A stretch of DNA of 63,241 bases. It comes from Folioceros fuciformis (Eukaryota). A model generated the notes under the pieces. The model searched no databases. It saw nothing but the letters and a program-made list of their open reading frames with translations, and had not been told where the DNA came from. The translations under genes were made by a program, and so were the position numbers. Each line of letters begins with the position of its first letter. Within the stretch, counting starts at the first letter, position 1. This document shows, in pieces, positions 48,458 through 63,241 of this stretch. The stretch covers positions 1 through 63,241 of the forward strand of contig JBNGIO010005408.1 of NCBI GenBank assembly GCA_049999805.1, read 5' to 3'.

Positions 48458-51400
48458 CTATTGCTTGCGTTTGCGACGGTCACAGGCCGCGTCTGGGAAC
48501 TCCACCGTGTCTGTCACTGGACTTGGATGCCCTCCTCTGCGCATCGGCCTCATGGTGTGAAAAACCTGTGTCCAGCTGCTGCGAATCAACTCATGCCAGC
48601 TGCTGAGTCAGATACTGTACGACTGAAAGCAATTAAGAACCAAGGACAGATGATGCCAGAACCGTACCTGAGTGATGGGGTGCACCAGTTGCGAGAGTTG
48701 GTGCCTGCAGCTCGCTGGGGCGGATACTTTGGTTTTCTGCAGGGCGGGGGGAGAACGAAGTTGGTGAGAGGGTAACGGGATATCATCGACGTGCAACTAC
48801 CTACTACACAACAACACCAGGCACTTGCCTCCAGACGACTGTAAAGATCAGCCATGGCATCCTTCAAGCGATTGGCCTGCTCTCACAACAGAAAACTCGA
48901 GAACGTCAAGAACAAAAGCCCACTTTGGAATGCAATGTGGCATACGATCTTCTGAGCAAGCCTTCTCACCTTGTTCACTAGGAAGACGGTGGTTAGTGGA
49001 TAGCATGCCCAAAAATGGCGTAACAGCTCATTAGCTGTAGCTGCGTGCTGATAGAGTATACGAGAGGGAGCAGGTGAGTCACTTCATCACATGTTGCAGA
49101 GACGAGGACTTTATGAGTGTCTGGCGAAGTCAGAATGTGCACCTGAAAGAGCTCGTCTTTCAAATGGCGTGGAATCTTGTCAAGGACGTTCTTCTCCGCA
49201 GTTTCCCCCTGCTGCAACTTAGCTGTCGAAATTTGTTGAGTAACTTCTTTGAGAACCTGGATTTGACATGCTAGTTGGTGACCACTTGCTTCGATACCGT
49301 TTGCTTCTGCTCCGCAACGGCTCCAAGATGATGTGAGGTTACCTTGAGTGCTAAGTCTGGTGGAATAGATGCGGACGACGACGAGTCAATAAGCTTCATG
49401 GCAGCAATTTGTTGCCTGAACGAATCAAAAACAGTGGTAGAGTCAATCTCCATGGGTGTTGCGCCATCCCCAGCACTGACTGCAGGCTGGGAATCAAAAT
49501 AATTTCGGGGATCCTGCAAAGAGATGGGACAAGGAGATCAATTGACGGCTGAAGAGCAGCTGGAGTACAAACAGCAGTGACAAGCAAAATGTGATTCACC
49601 TGGATGCTAAGGGGAACAAGGGCAGCTGGTTGAGGACCCTGCAGGTCATCCATTTCGGTAACGTCATGTGCCCTTTGAGGTCTTCTGCTGTCATCAACAG
49701 CTGGGTCCTCTGAAACCATCTCTGAATGCAACGGGAAAATGTCTGTTACTCTTTTGGTGTCAATTCTTCGTCAGCGAAGGAGCCAGGCACAAGACAATCG
49801 CCATGCTGGTCAATCACATGCCTTGTTGAGCTTTAGAGAGGGCAAGTGCTACAGTGGTTGTATCCTTGAGCTCCACATCTGGGATGAATGGGATCCTGGT
49901 ATTAGATGGCATGAAAACAACACAGCAGTAACATGCAACACTTTCTGAATACTGACCGACGGGCCTGCCTTCCAGAACCACAGCAGCATGTCTGTTGATG
50001 TCATGCAAGATTGTTCTCTTCCGAGTCGACCCAGCTTCAGCAATGACTTCTTTCCTATCCCCATCCCTTAGGATGCCATGGCCCTGTTTCATGCAGGGCG
50101 TTAGTTAACCTGCTGCTGATTCCGGCACTTCAAACACAAGACACACAACCAACTCGCTCATTATATCTTAACGAGGAAGACGTACAGGCAAAGACGAGTA
50201 GTCATCCGCCAGGTCTGCTGCCATATCCACTGTGGGGTCAACCATCTTGATCTGTTGAAGAAAGTTCCTGTTAAAAGATTTGGGAGGTGCTCTACACCCT
50301 ACACATTCTGGTCTACCATGAAATAACAGAGCTCAAAAACTCAGGTTTCCAAGTCTGTATGACCTTTCTTCGAGCCTGGGCTGCGATGATGTCATCATCC
50401 CTTGCAAATACTGCAAGATCCTCGTCATCTTCTGTTTCTGCAGCGGCCGTTGCAGCATTTCTCGTCCGAAACAAGTACTCTGCTCGACAGTATTTTGTCC
50501 AGAACTCGAGCTCTGATAACTTCAGCACAGAGTGAAGTCATTGGCATTAGAACAAGGAGGGCCGCAGCAAATGCTCTCTGGAATGTAGGAGTGTCACCAC
50601 ACCTTGTTTGGAACATTGGCCAGAAAGGCTCGATGAACTGCTGGCTTCTCCGCAAAGATCTGTGCTCACACAGGAGCTAAAAAGTCATATCCTCAGTGCA
50701 AGAGAAGGGGAAACAATCATGAAGTTTCTGCAGGGATATCACATATACCTGATGAATGATCTCAGGTGTGAGGTTGAATGTGACCTTGTTCGTCTGCAAA
50801 TCACAGAAAACATGACTCAAAGTCTAGTAAAAAATCAACTGTGTTTCAAAAAAAATGAAAAGGGAGAAGAATTACCCGACCATCCGGCTGAGGTCGAACA
50901 TCAGCGAGCATTTCACTTTTCAGACCAGTCCTTTGCCTTTCCCCCTCTATCATGTTCTGCATTGAAACTGTTTCAAATACTAGGAAAAGCTGAACAACAC
51001 AAAGAAACACCAAAATACAAAGAACCCTTCGAAGACCGCTCAGCTCCCAAACATAGAACTAACCTTTCTCGCAGCCCAAAATTCTGCTTCCGATAGTATA
51101 TTAGTCATGACCAACTGTTTATGCAGCTCCCGAAGCTCACTGCATCCAAGACCAAGATGTTGCGCTCCTTTTATCACCCATCTCTAGCCTGAGCTTTCAG
51201 CATTGTTTCCGCACGTAAACAGTCTGACAGTTCTAATCGGAACGAAGCACAGATGCAGAAGAAACATGCCCGTCCTTTTGAAGCAATTTCATCCGCTGTT
51301 CCAATTGAGAAGGAAATAGTGAGCCCTGTGAAGGAACAACGGCTGGCTTTGCAGACACGCCTCCTTCGCCAGACCCAGTTCCGTTCGGCCGCATCTTGGC

Positions 51401-52167
51401 CAGAATTTTGGCTGCCACAGAGAAAAAGAACGCCCCTTCCTTAAAACAACACAAAACAGAGGCAATTGCTTTGCTGCCACATACGGCCGTGCCGAATGTG
51501 ACCTTCCTGGGAATCCAAGTACTCAAACAAATGGACAACCGTCATCACAGCTAGGACAAGAAGCCACAGACTCACCGACATGATCCCGTCCCTTGTCTCT
51601 GTCTTGAAAACTCTCAAAATCAAAGATGAAACCATCCTGAGAACAGTCTTGTTACACACAGCCATAAGGAACAAACAGGAGGAGTCCCTGAAACCAAGCC
51701 TGTCCACGTAGCCAGCACCCCAACTAACTGTCATACCTTCATGTCAGCATCCTTCCCCAAATTCAAAAGAGCTTTCTTTGCCTTGGGCGTCTCCTTACTG
51801 GATCGCTGAGCTGCTCCACAAATTGGCGGACACCCCACAGTCCCATCACCATCACAATCACCACCACCATCATCACCCAAACACCAAAACAACTCTGCAA
51901 AATACAAACCCACGATTTCCTTGAAGTCGACATCCAGCCTCGTCGCCACAGTAGGGTCATTCGGAGTCCACGTGAACCTACCCTCCGTCTGCCAGAGCAG
52001 AACCCACAAACATCAAAATCCTTATTCAATTCCTTCATTGCTACCTCCATCCCATCCTCCCACAACGGGATTACCATGTACAGAATTCCGGGAACGCCTT
52101 GAACTTTCGGGGACGGCGAGTACTTGGCCCGCAGAACCAGCTGAGGAGCTGGACCCGGACCCGCCAT
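48458..52167 (-). CDS. TFB1: General transcription/DNA repair factor TFIIH subunit p62 (TFB1/GTF2H1), many exons
   Basis: PH-like N-terminus (KVQGVPGILYM / TEGRFTWTPNDP); BSD domains LEQRMKLLQKD / SELRELHKQLV..ILSEAEFW and LSELEFWTKYCRAEYL; HDINRHAAVVLEG; QDPRNYFDSQ; C-terminal RHQLSQLVHPITQ / LDTGFSHHEAD. Confidence 0.9.
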
Positions 52168-52685
52168 AGCGCGCCCACCCACCGAGTCTGTCTCGCTCCC
52201 CGACCAGCTGCAACCCTGCTACGAAACTGCCCTCCTCGCTGCCCGGCACCATATAGGCAGCGGACCGTCTCCGGAGGTGCGGGGCTATGGTTTCATTCCT
52301 CGGGCACTTCCCAAAACCAGTACTGCTGCCATATATATACCCACCCACTGAGAACCCAAAACCACCAGCGCGCCCCTCCTGCCCTGGGCCGCATCTTATC
52401 CCGCGGCCGGGAAATCACCCAATACGGCAACCGCCAAAGCGTGCACCGGGCAGGAGGGCGGGTACAAAGTTCACATGCGGGCCCAGGGAGACGCAGAGAC
52501 AGGCAAGACGGCGCTTCATCTGACGCTGCTACAGCGCGGATTGTGACGACGGAGCGAGAGGCTGTTAGGATAAGCAACGGGCTTACAAGAAGAAGCCCGG
52601 CCTCTAAGAGACGCCGGCTCCACTTCCCCATTCCGGGCCTGATCATCTAAAGCGCGCGCAGTTGTGGAGCGTCTGGAATGCGGAG

Positions 52686-53780
52686 ATGGCAGCCCTGGCG
52701 CTGCGCTGCCCCAGCGGCTGGGACGCCAGCGGTAGCAGGTTGTGGGTTTCCCGGAGAGCGCCCGGGGCCGCGCCAAGCGGGCATGCCCAGTGTTGGCTTG
52801 CCGCTTGTGCTTCTGGGAGTGGGAGGAGCTTCAGCATCCGCAGCAGAGCCGGTGATGGGCAGCGGCGACGGCAGCGGCCGCTGGCGGGTTTGTTCTCGGA
52901 GGAGGAGGCAATCGGAGGAGAGTATGGGGAGGGATTCGCGAGCTTCCGGCCGCGGGGTCCGCTCCATGTGGACGTGGATTTCCTGAACGACAGGATGCGG
53001 GAGTGCGGGCTGCAGAGAATCCGGTACGCAATGCGCCCGGACGAGGCCTTCGGGCTGATCTACTCCTGGGACAATGTGGTAGCGGACACGCAGGCTCTCA
53101 AGATGCGGGCTTGGAGTACCCTGGCGCACGAGGAGGGGCAGCAGGACAGTCTGAAGGCCGTGCTGAGGCGGCAGATTCTGGGGACCAGCGCAGAGTACGT
53201 GTTCCGGCAGGTGCTGCGATGGGGGAGGAGTCCCAAGGAAGTGGAGCGGCTCTCGGCTCGGCTCGCCCAGCTGTATGCTGCGGAGCTGGGCCGGGTGGAG
53301 ACGCCCATGGAGGGCTTGCGAGAGTGGCTGGAGGCGCTGGGGACTGCCGGGGTGCCGTGCGCGCTGGCCGCACCCCTCGATCGCCTCAGCCTGATCTCGA
53401 TTCTTGATAGGATGGGGCTTAGGCGGTATTTCAGATCCGTGGTGTCCAAGGAGGACGGGATGGAATCCATTGCGCACCGGTTTCTGTCCGCGGCTGTGAA
53501 GCTGGACCGGGCGCCTTGCAAGTGCGTGGTCTTCGAGGACGATCCTCGCGGAATCGCTGCCGCCCACAACTGCAGCATGAAGGCCGTGGCCCTTATCGGT
53601 TCCCACCCTGCCTACGAGCTCAAGCAGGCGGACATCACAGTGGGGAGCTTCACGGAGCTGTCGGTCATCAACCTGCGCCGCCTGTTCGCCAACAAAGGTG
53701 CAGAGTTCATGGACTTGCAGAAGCAGCCAGAGGAAAAAGTTCCGTGCAAGAGGAAGCTCGTGAATGACACGCTGTTTTGA
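52686..53780 (+). CDS. Plastid HAD-superfamily hydrolase-like protein (At3g10970-like, PyrP2-related clade), intronless
   Basis: GGEYGEGFASFR..GPLHVDVDF..LQRIRYAMRPDEAFGLIYSWDNVVADT; EDGMESIAHRFLSAAVKLDRAP.KCVVFEDDPRG. Confidence 0.88.
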   Translation: MAALALRCPSGWDASGSRLWVSRRAPGAAPSGHAQCWLAACASGSGRSFSIRSRAGDGQRRRQRPLAGLFSEEEAIGGEYGEGFASFRPRGPLHVDVDFLNDRMRECGLQRIRYAMRPDEAFGLIYSWDNVVADTQALKMRAWSTLAHEEGQQDSLKAVLRRQILGTSAEYVFRQVLRWGRSPKEVERLSARLAQLYAAELGRVETPMEGLREWLEALGTAGVPCALAAPLDRLSLISILDRMGLRRYFRSVVSKEDGMESIAHRFLSAAVKLDRAPCKCVVFEDDPRGIAAAHNCSMKAVALIGSHPAYELKQADITVGSFTELSVINLRRLFANKGAEFMDLQKQPEEKVPCKRKLVNDTLF

Positions 53781-55026
53781 ACTTCTGCCCTCACTACTGC
53801 TCTCTCCTGCCTGCCTGCCTGCACATGGGCCTGCCTGTGCATGGATGGGGAAGGTGGGCCGGGTATTTGAATCATGTAAATTATGGTGGAAGGCACATCA
53901 GTATCACCCACCTTGTATTCTACCACAGTGCCAACATATTATTTATTTCTGGGGCCACAGACCAGGCATGAGGACGACGACGGAGAAGCCCGTTGCAAGA
54001 TGGCTGGAGGTGGAAGAAAATCGTGTGGTATGTGGCCCTTCCTGTCCCTGCCTCCCAGAGAGTCCCAGCAGGAACAACCTGTTTCCTCTTTTCACCTGAT
54101 TCTAGCTGGACTAATGGTGGTCTCATCAGGCTGAGTGCCAAGTCCCAGCAAGAACAGCATATACCCTCTTTTTACCTGATTCCAACTAAGTATTGACTGG
54201 TGCAAGATATTGGGAAAGGAAGTCTCTGCATATAACGGGACCCAGGGACGCTGAAGCTTCCTCTGAAGGTGCGACAGATTCCAAGTACATATGTAGACTG
54301 ACGAACATACCAGATTAATGAAGGGTGGACGGCCTTGGGAATTCGCTATGGACGCATGTGCCGTACCCATGAGGGACTGGATGAACCGGACTGACTTCGT
54401 ACATATACCAGTGTCTCCGACCATGGACAGTGCTCTGACTCTGATTGTGATGGAGCAGAAAAGTTAGCTGCTCTGCATAATGAAGAATCCAGTATTGAAG
54501 CTCTGAAAGCAACCAGGGATGCCATCTACCCTTCTCTTGTGCAAGGCCGTATCTCCTGCCCCTTGTTCTGTCACGGGTCGTTCGCTCATGTCTGAAAAGT
54601 TGTCCGTTTGATATCACGCCATTTAGAGCCCAGTTGCCTCCTCTTGTACTACGCAGGGAAGGTACATATCAGACGCTTGCCCATGCTAGGGCTTACGTTC
54701 CTGCGTGTCGATCCCTCGTCTCGAGTTCGATAGGCAACATCGATATCCCAAGATGTGGAGAGCAGAGCTGTGAATCGTACTGAACACTTTGGTGTGCGCG
54801 TGCCTTTCGGTAGTGCTTCCCACGATAAGGGCGCCACTGTGACGCCCTGTGGTATCCGGTTTGGTACTCTAAGGTCTCACCACGTGTGATTGGTCATGTA
54901 GAGCTATCAAACTTGACTTAGGAAGGTTGGTGAGCACGAGCGTCACCGACGTGCAGGCTTCAGACTCGACGCTACAAAAACTAGGGCATGTCTATGAGTT
55001 TACAGATGCACTAATGCCGGAGCAGA

Positions 55027-57724
<2,698 letters not shown>

Positions 57725-58529
57725 ACCTAAAGCATTCGCAGTCAGCGGAGGTATAAGATCAATTCAGGGCGCCAGCGTGAGCTTTATCCCGTCCCTGTCG
57801 GAGTCCGCATTGGTTGGACGTCTAACTTCGGAACCGAGTGAGAGATTTGAGGGTTGCATGAAGTTGAAGGGTGCCCTGACGGGCCAGGCCGAGCCTAGGA
57901 CTAGGAACGAACAGCGGAGTGCGCTGTTGGACTTGTTCAAAAATTCTTGCCAGCACAGAGCGGAGCAGACGCTTTCAATTCGTTCTTTTGATGGCAGCCC
58001 CTCGCTACTGGAAGCCCTGGGTCGATTCGATCGCCAAAGTGATTGTTGCAAGTGGCTCCTTTCGAGCAACGCATGTGAGAGGAATGGCAAATTGTCATGC
58101 ATTCTCTGTAGACCTGCACCCGATCCAGTAGCCCTTCGTTGTGGGAGAACTTCTTGTACCCGCAGTACACTTACCGTTTAACCTGGCAGGTTGGTCACAG
58201 TATCCTTGTAATCAATCTCGAGCCCTGCCTATACAAAAAGCTTCTTAGAAGTACGTGATGACTAGTACACAGCTGAATTATTGAGGTACAACTGGTAGTA
58301 CACGCAGTACCAGCCTGGTACTAGCAGTGTAACAAAAAAAAACAAATCTGCGCAAAAGCTATCTGGCGATCACTTTCTGAGCTCAGATCTTTCGGAAGGC
58401 ATGTCTGTTTGGTGCCCGGCTTAGGAAAGGGGTCCTCCTTTTGGGTTGGCATAAAGGCCCCATAAAGACTGTCTGCCCACCCGGATTGGGCGTCAATTGG
58501 AGACGAAGCTGAGAGCGCAAATCTCTGCC

Positions 58530-61500
58530 ATGGCCAGTCATCTGAGCTCTGGAGAGGTGGAATGGCGTTCTGCACAGAGCATCAACGTCAGTGTGGATTT
58601 GATCGAAGCTGTCAAGGTGCAGCTTGCCTTTCTGTCGGAGGTGGAACGAAATCCTTGTCTCAGCTGGAACAGCCAAGCCATCAGTCGAGCTATCAAGAGG
58701 TGTTCATAATTTGGATACGACCGTTACTGAGAACCAAGAGGCTCTCCACTTTTGGAATTAACTGCATCTGTGTTGGCAGGTACAAGACATGCTGGCTCCC
58801 TTTGGCCGCAGAATCTAAGGAGAAGCTGGTTCCTCCTTTGGATTGTGGTTGGATTTGGCATTGCCATCGGCTCAGCCCAGTAAGTTGTGGTCAATTGACT
58901 TGAACGTGTCTGGTCTGCAGTACACTTGCGTCTCTGAGGTGAGTTTCGCTGTTGGGCAGATACAATATGCCAAGTATTGCAGAGCTGTGTACGGGAAGAC
59001 TATTGATGCCCCTATCCTCTCTGGGCCCAATCGTGATCTGGCCAGTCGAAGAACCGCGGAGTTGTGGAGTGAACGATATTCCGATGAGCCGTTTGTTCTT
59101 GACCTTACTACTTTCGGCAACGACAGTGGTGCTGTGGGGGAGGAGCCAGAAATTGGGGATGATTCACGCAGTCGAGGGCCAGGGCCACTTAGGTACAATC
59201 TGGCTGATGCGGTGGCCAGACAGAGGCCCTTCTTCTACCAGGTACTGCAGTGCTCTGCTTTCTCTGTCCGCAACGTTGTTTCAGGATGAAGCTAACCGGA
59301 GGTGTGGCTCATTGAAGGTATCACGGCCCTGCATGTCAGAACTCAGCTTCCTGCAGGTAGCCTTGAGTCGATACAAAGCTTTTCTACATCTGGCTCGCAT
59401 CAGGTATTCTGACAAGCTGGAAGGCGAGGTCTTCCTTGTGCCAACCTACGATATCGACCTCTTCTGGCATGCCCACCAGCTGAGCCCTGCGGCTTATCAG
59501 TCTGACACAAGAAAGCTCGTTGGGAAGATCTTCAACCACGACGACACTGACAGTGACCGAAGTCCCGGCCAGAAGCTGGATTCAGGATTTTTAGCCACCT
59601 GTGAGCTGTGGGGAAGAATATATGGGTCCGAGTATTTGAGGGCCGGAGTGCAGTATCAAGGAGAGGCACCAACTCCTGTTCCAGGTCCTTCTCCCCCTCT
59701 TCTGGTTCGGTACCCAAAGGGTGATGCAGACGACCTTACTCTGCAATCGCATTTGACTGCACGGGGTTTGCTGGAGGTAGTTCTTCAATCCCTCAGCAGA
59801 TCAGGAATTACCTTCTTTAGAAAACGACAGGAAACTCATAACAGATTGTGGTCATGTTCTTCAGGCATATGTGGTTGTTTTGGGAGCGAAGAATGTTCCA
59901 TTCAACGAGAGAACTGAGTCCAAGCTCTTTGTGAGGCTGAAGGTGCTGAAGAGCTGTAAAGACTTCAAGTTCGAGACTCCCAAGGTGGCGGCTTGTACAG
60001 TCCCCACATGGAGGCATGTATGGACAGTGGAATGTGAAACTGCCACGGAGGGCCTGCTGTTCGAGCTCCGTCAGACCACGACTGGCTCTCTGAAGAACGT
60101 GAAAAGCTCCAAGCTTTTGGGAAGTGTACCCGTCCTGTGGAAAACTTTACTGGCTTCGACAACTCTGTCACTTGATCAATTCTTTCCCCTTTTCCACTCC
60201 ACAGGTGATCCAGACTCCAAGCCACCTGCTCTGCAGCTGTCTGTGTCTGTGACTCCATGGAGAGGAGGACCTTATTTATTACGAAGCGAGCCCTGCAAGC
60301 ATAGCAATACGGTCGTGCACCACCCCGGATGCAAAGCTCCTGAAGCAACATCTTGGAAGTGCAGCAAAGTGGTGGATCATGTGCAGAAGGAGGCATACCT
60401 CGTGAGGTAAACCTTCCCTCCTTGGGGTCAGTGATATGATTTGGTATCCATATCATTAGCGACCGACTCTTGGAGATTCGTCGTACCGCAGAACTGCAGC
60501 CGAGGTTGCATCCGTACCTACATCCCAAGATGTGAATGATGCCCATATGGCTATCTACGTGGAGCAGGGGAGTTGCTCTAATGAGCAAACACAATCTGCA
60601 GGTTCGTGCGTCTACTGTAACCGGTAACCATTTCAGGAATGCAGGATGGCAAGTGGTTTGCACATATACTAATGTGTCGTGCTTTCTAAGGATGGATGGT
60701 CAGGCTAACCCTCTCATGCTGTGCCTTCCAGGAAACATCGTATGTTTTGCTCAGAACCAACGCGTTTCAGCTCAGCAAAATCAGCTAGAAAAGAACTGTT
60801 GGTCCTTACTTGGAGGTAAAGCAGGCATCTTAACAATTGGAGTCGCTAACAGCGGACCACATGATCCCATCGTCCCTGAGCTCCAGTGGACTGAATCGAG
60901 TGGCAGCCCGGTAAGCCAAAATCGTCTCCTGGGTGTGTGGGCATCTTTCTTCCAATGGTGAACTTGGAATTGTTGGCTGAGCTTCACTGTTCTGCAGCCA
61001 ATCTTGGCACCAGGCAGGAAGCTCCAGTACGAGGTAAAAGGTGCTAAAGCCACACATGAAGAAGGCTTTGTTACAGTCATTCGCTTCACGGCTACTCATC
61101 CCAATGGACAAGCCACAGGCTTGCTCAACTGGAAGTTTGGGACCCTGGAGGTAGAATCTTGTCGCACACAGCTTGGTTATACTTGTCGGACCTATGGTTG
61201 TGGTCTATTGCGGCGATGATAGACACTTTGGTGGTCCATGGCTTTTACAGGTGCAGCCAGGTGAGAACGTGGCCCTGATACTGCTTATCTCCTCAGCCAT
61301 CGGAACGACACTCCGGGAAATGTTTGCGGACCGGCTTCAACTCCCAAGCTGGCGGAAAAGCTCTGCAGACAACCACTGGGGTACGGATACAGAGATGCAG
61401 ATGCAGCTCCTCATGGGGAACATTTCATGCCTTGCGCAATGCCGAGCCTCCCTCTCACTCCTGGCATTGCCATGTGCAGGTGCTGTGACGGTTGGACGAG

Positions 61501-61862
61501 GAATTCGAGATCCCAGAGGCCAGTACACGTACGCTCATGCTAAAGATGCTGCATTCGGTAGAATGCAGTTGCATCAGTGGTGGGCAGGCCATCCCACGCT
61601 GGCAACCAATGCAGGCAGTTGTGGGGGATGCGGAGGGTGTGGAGCGGGAGGATGTGGAAGCATGGTCGGCGGGTGCGGAGGCTGTGGAGGGTGTGGAGCT
61701 GGAGGATGTGGAGGCTGTGGGAGCATGGCTGGCGGGTGTGGTGGCTGTGGAGGGTGTGGAGCTACTGGATGCGGAGCGTGTGGAGGCTTGGCTGCTGGCT
61801 GCGGAAGTGGCTGTGGTGGAGGTTGCGGCGGGGGGTGTGGCGGGCGTGTAGATCGTACATGA
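58530..61862 (+). CDS. Glycine-rich domain-containing protein (GRDP1/2-like, DUF1399)
   Basis: VDLIEAVKVQLAFLSEV; YKTCWLPL..VPPLDCGWIWHCHRLSP; AVARQRPFFYQV; FLVPTYDIDLFWHAHQL; HDDTDSDRSPGQKLDSGF; PGRKLQY; EEGFVTVIRFT..P.GQATGLLNWK; C-terminal CGGC repeats. Confidence 0.92.
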
Positions 61863-62392
61863 GAAGCAAGAATCTATATCAGCCGGAGGCATACCGCTGC
61901 ACCTTTCTTCAACAGCTATCACTCTTACCTACCTTTCAGAGCAGCATTGCACATTCATGGAACCTATGCCTCTCTCCCTTCACGTTGTAGATAGCTTGCC
62001 CTCCCTTGTCCTGTGCATATACTATACTGTATAGAGGTGTCCAGAAACAAAATTAGGCCGTGTCTGCTCTGAACTAAAAGATTTACCTCCGAGAGGAATG
62101 GAGACTCCAGAGATATTCAGCGACCCAAGTTCCACTCCACCGGGAAGATGGAAATAACCCTTGTGAGACTTCACTTCCGGCGGGTCTCGAGTCAACTTCG
62201 CAGGTCCAGGTTTCACAGAACAGTAGCATTTGCGGCAGTCCCCGCAGCTGTAAAACTAGCAGCACCACATCAACGTTTAGTACAACCAGATTCATGTTTC
62301 TTTTTAACTCCCTTGGATCATATTACCCTATTTCCACAGGCCACTTAGCCACACGATCTGTGTAGCAGCAGCTGGTAAGACTGTCAGATACT

Positions 62393-63241
62393 ACAGTCCA
62401 CCCTCCCTAAATGTTACCTGTTGGAAGTAGGGCATTGGGTAACATTTAAGGAGGTGTAACATATAGAGAATTTAAGTATTTATAAAATAAATAAATTTAT
62501 TGAAAATATTTAAATATATTACATATTAATATTATATATAATAAAAATATTATACATTTAATCATAGTAATAATATAAATTTAGAATAATAAAATGAACT
62601 TCAAAATGGCTTAAAAAAACGGGTTATTCCTACTTGTTTCAAAGAGGACTTAACTTGCTTTAAAACTTCTTTCTCGATTTGTTGCAAATTCCTAATTGTA
62701 GACATCATATCATTTGGTTGTTGCTCCAAAAACATGCATATCACCCCAAGTGCATCTTCTACTTGAGCACGACCTAAGATAGGCCTTTCTTCATAATATT
62801 CTTCAAAAGAATTTTCAACGTCGACAACTTCATTTTCGGGTGGAGGTTGAATAGAAGCCCATATATCATCTGCATCCAGAGTAGAAAAGATAGCACATGC
62901 ATTTGTCACCTCATAATCAACAAATTCTTCTGCAGACATAGTAGGGGTCAATCCTGTTGTGCCAAGTCCTAAATCCCTCAGCTGACAAAGAAGCATTTTT
63001 ATTTCTGCGTTATCTCTATTGAACAAATCTTCACGTGTTGCTTGGTTGTCGTGTTGTTGCTCATTATCACTGTTAGCATTCTATGTCTCAAAACTAAGTT
63101 GATTCAAGTCTATATCCGACACGCTAGCACTTGCTCTCTCCTGCCATAACCCAGAGTGTTTCCAACAATTTCTAATGATTTTCCCTTTAACATCGATACG
63201 CCAAGCTTTTTCCAACATAGTCACAGCATGATATACATCAA
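62393..63241 (-). mobile_element. pogo/Tigger-like (Tc1/mariner superfamily, DDE_1) DNA transposon 3' end, degenerate
   Basis: Minus-strand DVYHAVTMLEKAWRIDVKGKIIRNCWKHSG and C-terminal LKQVGITRFFK. Terminus TA|CAGTCCACCCTCCCTAAATGTTACC, with an inverted subterminal copy (GGTAACATTTAAGGAGGT, ~62438). Confidence 0.8.

Overview
Nuclear DNA of a seed-free land plant. Short (~75-150 nt) GT-AG introns, compact intergenic spaces and GC-rich exons fit a hornwort, other bryophyte or lycophyte; the taxon is an inference. There is a 10-N gap at 24838-24847. The left part (1-36 kb) is repeat- and TE-rich and packed with specialised-metabolism genes and their debris: pirin, an intact CYP71-clan P450 with a Thr->Ser I-helix change, two dirigent-like genes, two CYP703-like P450 pseudogenes, ABCB and BAHD fragments, an LRR receptor kinase and a CYP711/MAX1-like pseudogene. 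These are interleaved with Copia, Harbinger-like and solo-LTR remnants. A sigma1/ERG2-like gene, a signal-peptide-bearing polyphenol oxidase and a miRNA-like hairpin follow. The right part (42-62 kb) is gene-dense conserved housekeeping: NUS1/LEW1, TRX z, PRK, TFIIH p62, a plastid HAD-like protein, RECQL1 and GRDP. The window ends in a pogo/Tigger-like transposon. The best candidate for an undescribed system is a partly decaying pirin-P450-dirigent-BAHD-ABCB-PPO phenolic oxidative-coupling (lignan/aurone-type) gene neighbourhood. Gene identities come from recalled family motifs; no database search was run.
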